Position numbers and translations under genes: made by a program. DNA of 39,851 bases from a virus (Duplodnaviria; Caudoviricetes): the IMG/VR virus record IMGVR_UViG_3300032332_002229, positions 1 to 39,851 of that record; one strand, 5' to 3'. Below are positions 38,474 to 39,851 of this stretch, one piece after another. Each line of letters begins with the position of its first letter. The stretch's first letter is position 1. The notes under the pieces are model-generated. The model saw only the letters and a program-made list of their open reading frames with translations, made no database searches and was not told where the DNA came from.

Positions 38474-38800
38474 TTATACTGTTTTCTCTACATATGTGCA
38501 AGTTTCTCCAACATCAAATCCTTTTTCTAATAACAATGGTAATGAAGCTGGTTTGCACCAAGCATACACCAAGTACCCTTTGAAACGTTGTTCCACATAC
38601 TCCCAACGAGCGTCCCACAGCATACGGAAAATGCCTTTGCGGCGATGGTCTTCATGTACCCAAGCATCCAGGAACTTGATGCGTTGTGTTTCTTCTCGCT
38701 CCATGTAGATATGTCCTACAATTTCTCCATTTACCATAGCAATCCAAGTTTCAAGTCGTTGGGCATTGCTCTTTAGATGTACTATTTTAATATCTTCCAT
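38474..38800 (-). CDS. GNAT-family acetyltransferase
   Basis: WVHEDHRRKGIFRML acetyl-CoA motif; LLEKGF. Confidence 0.85.
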   Translation of the reverse strand: MEDIKIVHLKSNAQRLETWIAMVNGEIVGHIYMEREETQRIKFLDAWVHEDHRRKGIFRMLWDARWEYVEQRFKGYLVYAWCKPASLPLLLEKGFDVGETCTYVEKTV

Positions 38801-38801
38801 G

Positions 38802-39851
38802 TTAATTGGATAAGGGTGCTTTAATATGTGGGTGTGATTGATAGTCTTTTAAAATAAACCCATCCAACTCATAATCATTTACATATGTTTCTTTTTCATA
38901 TTTAAAGAATAATTTAGGTAGTGAGTATGGCTCTCTTGTTCGGGTTGGTATGTTCCATTGATCAATTTCAGAATGTGTTAATGTGCTACTATCTCCAGCA
39001 TTATATATTTGATTAAACATTTCTTGGGTAACCATTGCTCGTCGTTCATCTAGATCTAGTTTTCTGCCAATCTGTTCCTTTGCTTGTTCAAGATGATTTG
39101 AATACAAATGTACATCTCCCAAGTTACCAATCAATTCATCAGGTATCATATTCACTTCCTTAGCAATAATTTCAAGTAACAATCCATAACTTGCAATGTT
39201 GAATGGTAAACCTAAGAATGTATCTACTGAACGTTGATTCCACATTAAAGAGATTGCTCGTTTAGGAACATTTAATTTATCTAAATTTTCATTATCAATA
39301 TTATCTTCTGGGAAAACCGTATTACCATTTTTACTATACCAATAAAGATTTCTTTCCCTTAAACTCAACTCTCGGGTATAAACTTGAAATCCATAATGAC
39401 ATGGTGGAAGTACCATTGAATCCAATTCACCTACATTCCAAGCCGAAACCATAAGACGTCGTGAGTCTGGGTTTGTTTTAAGGTCGTTGATTAGGTTTTC
39501 GATTTGGTCTATATATGTAAAGTCCTGGTAGCCAGTTTGTGGGTTGATAATTGCTTTCCTCCATCTTCTCCATTGCTTACCGTACACAGGACCTAATTCA
39601 CCCCACTTCTTAGCAAACTCTGCATCTGTTTTTATTTTGTTGATGAAATCTTCTTGTGTTAATATAGGTTTATTATCAATGTATTCAATCATTGGTTCCC
39701 AATGTTTTACATAATTCTTATAAGCGTCGCCATCCCAAATATGACAATCATTATCAACAAGGAATTTAATGTTTGTATCGCCACGTAGGAACCACAACAA
39801 CTCTGTTGCTATAAGACGGAATGGCATCTTCTTGGTTGTAAGTAATGGAAA
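38802..39851 (-). CDS. thyA: Thymidylate synthase (start lies beyond the window)
   Basis: The frame is open to the edge (FPLLTTKKMPF...). ELLWFLRG, GPVYGKQWR, SRR, LPPCH, QRSVDTFLGLPFNIASY and GDVHLYSNH. Confidence 0.96.
   Translation of the reverse strand, partial: FPLLTTKKMPFRLIATELLWFLRGDTNIKFLVDNDCHIWDGDAYKNYVKHWEPMIEYIDNKPILTQEDFINKIKTDAEFAKKWGELGPVYGKQWRRWRKAIINPQTGYQDFTYIDQIENLINDLKTNPDSRRLMVSAWNVGELDSMVLPPCHYGFQVYTRELSLRERNLYWYSKNGNTVFPEDNIDNENLDKLNVPKRAISLMWNQRSVDTFLGLPFNIASYGLLLEIIAKEVNMIPDELIGNLGDVHLYSNHLEQAKEQIGRKLDLDERRAMVTQEMFNQIYNAGDSSTLTHSEIDQWNIPTRTREPYSLPKLFFKYEKETYVNDYELDGFILKDYQSHPHIKAPLSN

Overview
This looks like a segment of a large, AT-rich, T4-like (myovirus-type) phage genome. 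Every credible gene lies on the minus strand. The host is plausibly in the Bacteroidota, inferred from A-rich starts without Shine-Dalgarno sites and TTG-N20-TAnnTT promoters. In the direction of transcription (right to left) the window contains: (1) thyA (truncated), a GNAT, a GT2/LpxH-like/thioesterase block and a lytic transglycosylase; (2) a 7-deazaguanine module (TGT/DpdA-like, queC, queD, queE, thioredoxin, folE) followed by a MazG-like pyrophosphatase and an HNH endonuclease; (3) a T4-type replisome (family B polymerase, sliding clamp, two clamp-loader subunits) with groES/groEL; (4) a PD-(D/E)XK nuclease; (5) a roughly 13.5 kb glycosylation island (GT4s, GT2s, methyltransferases, RmlC, split transketolase, SDR, ColD-like enzyme, Gmd); (6) a DksA/TraR-type zinc finger. 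The most unusual signal is a set of otherwise unrelated orphan genes inserted between the replication genes. They share short terminal tags (MNKETLRMQMLAGIITE at the N-terminus, or RAGIIK at the C-terminus), L/I-x-E motifs and an ATAT(T/G)TAT upstream motif. The two flanking the polymerase also share a 62 bp leader (57/62 identical) and an identical 39 bp terminator-plus-promoter tail, which resembles an exchangeable cargo-cassette system for virion-packaged proteins. All product calls come from motif recognition by eye; no searches were run.
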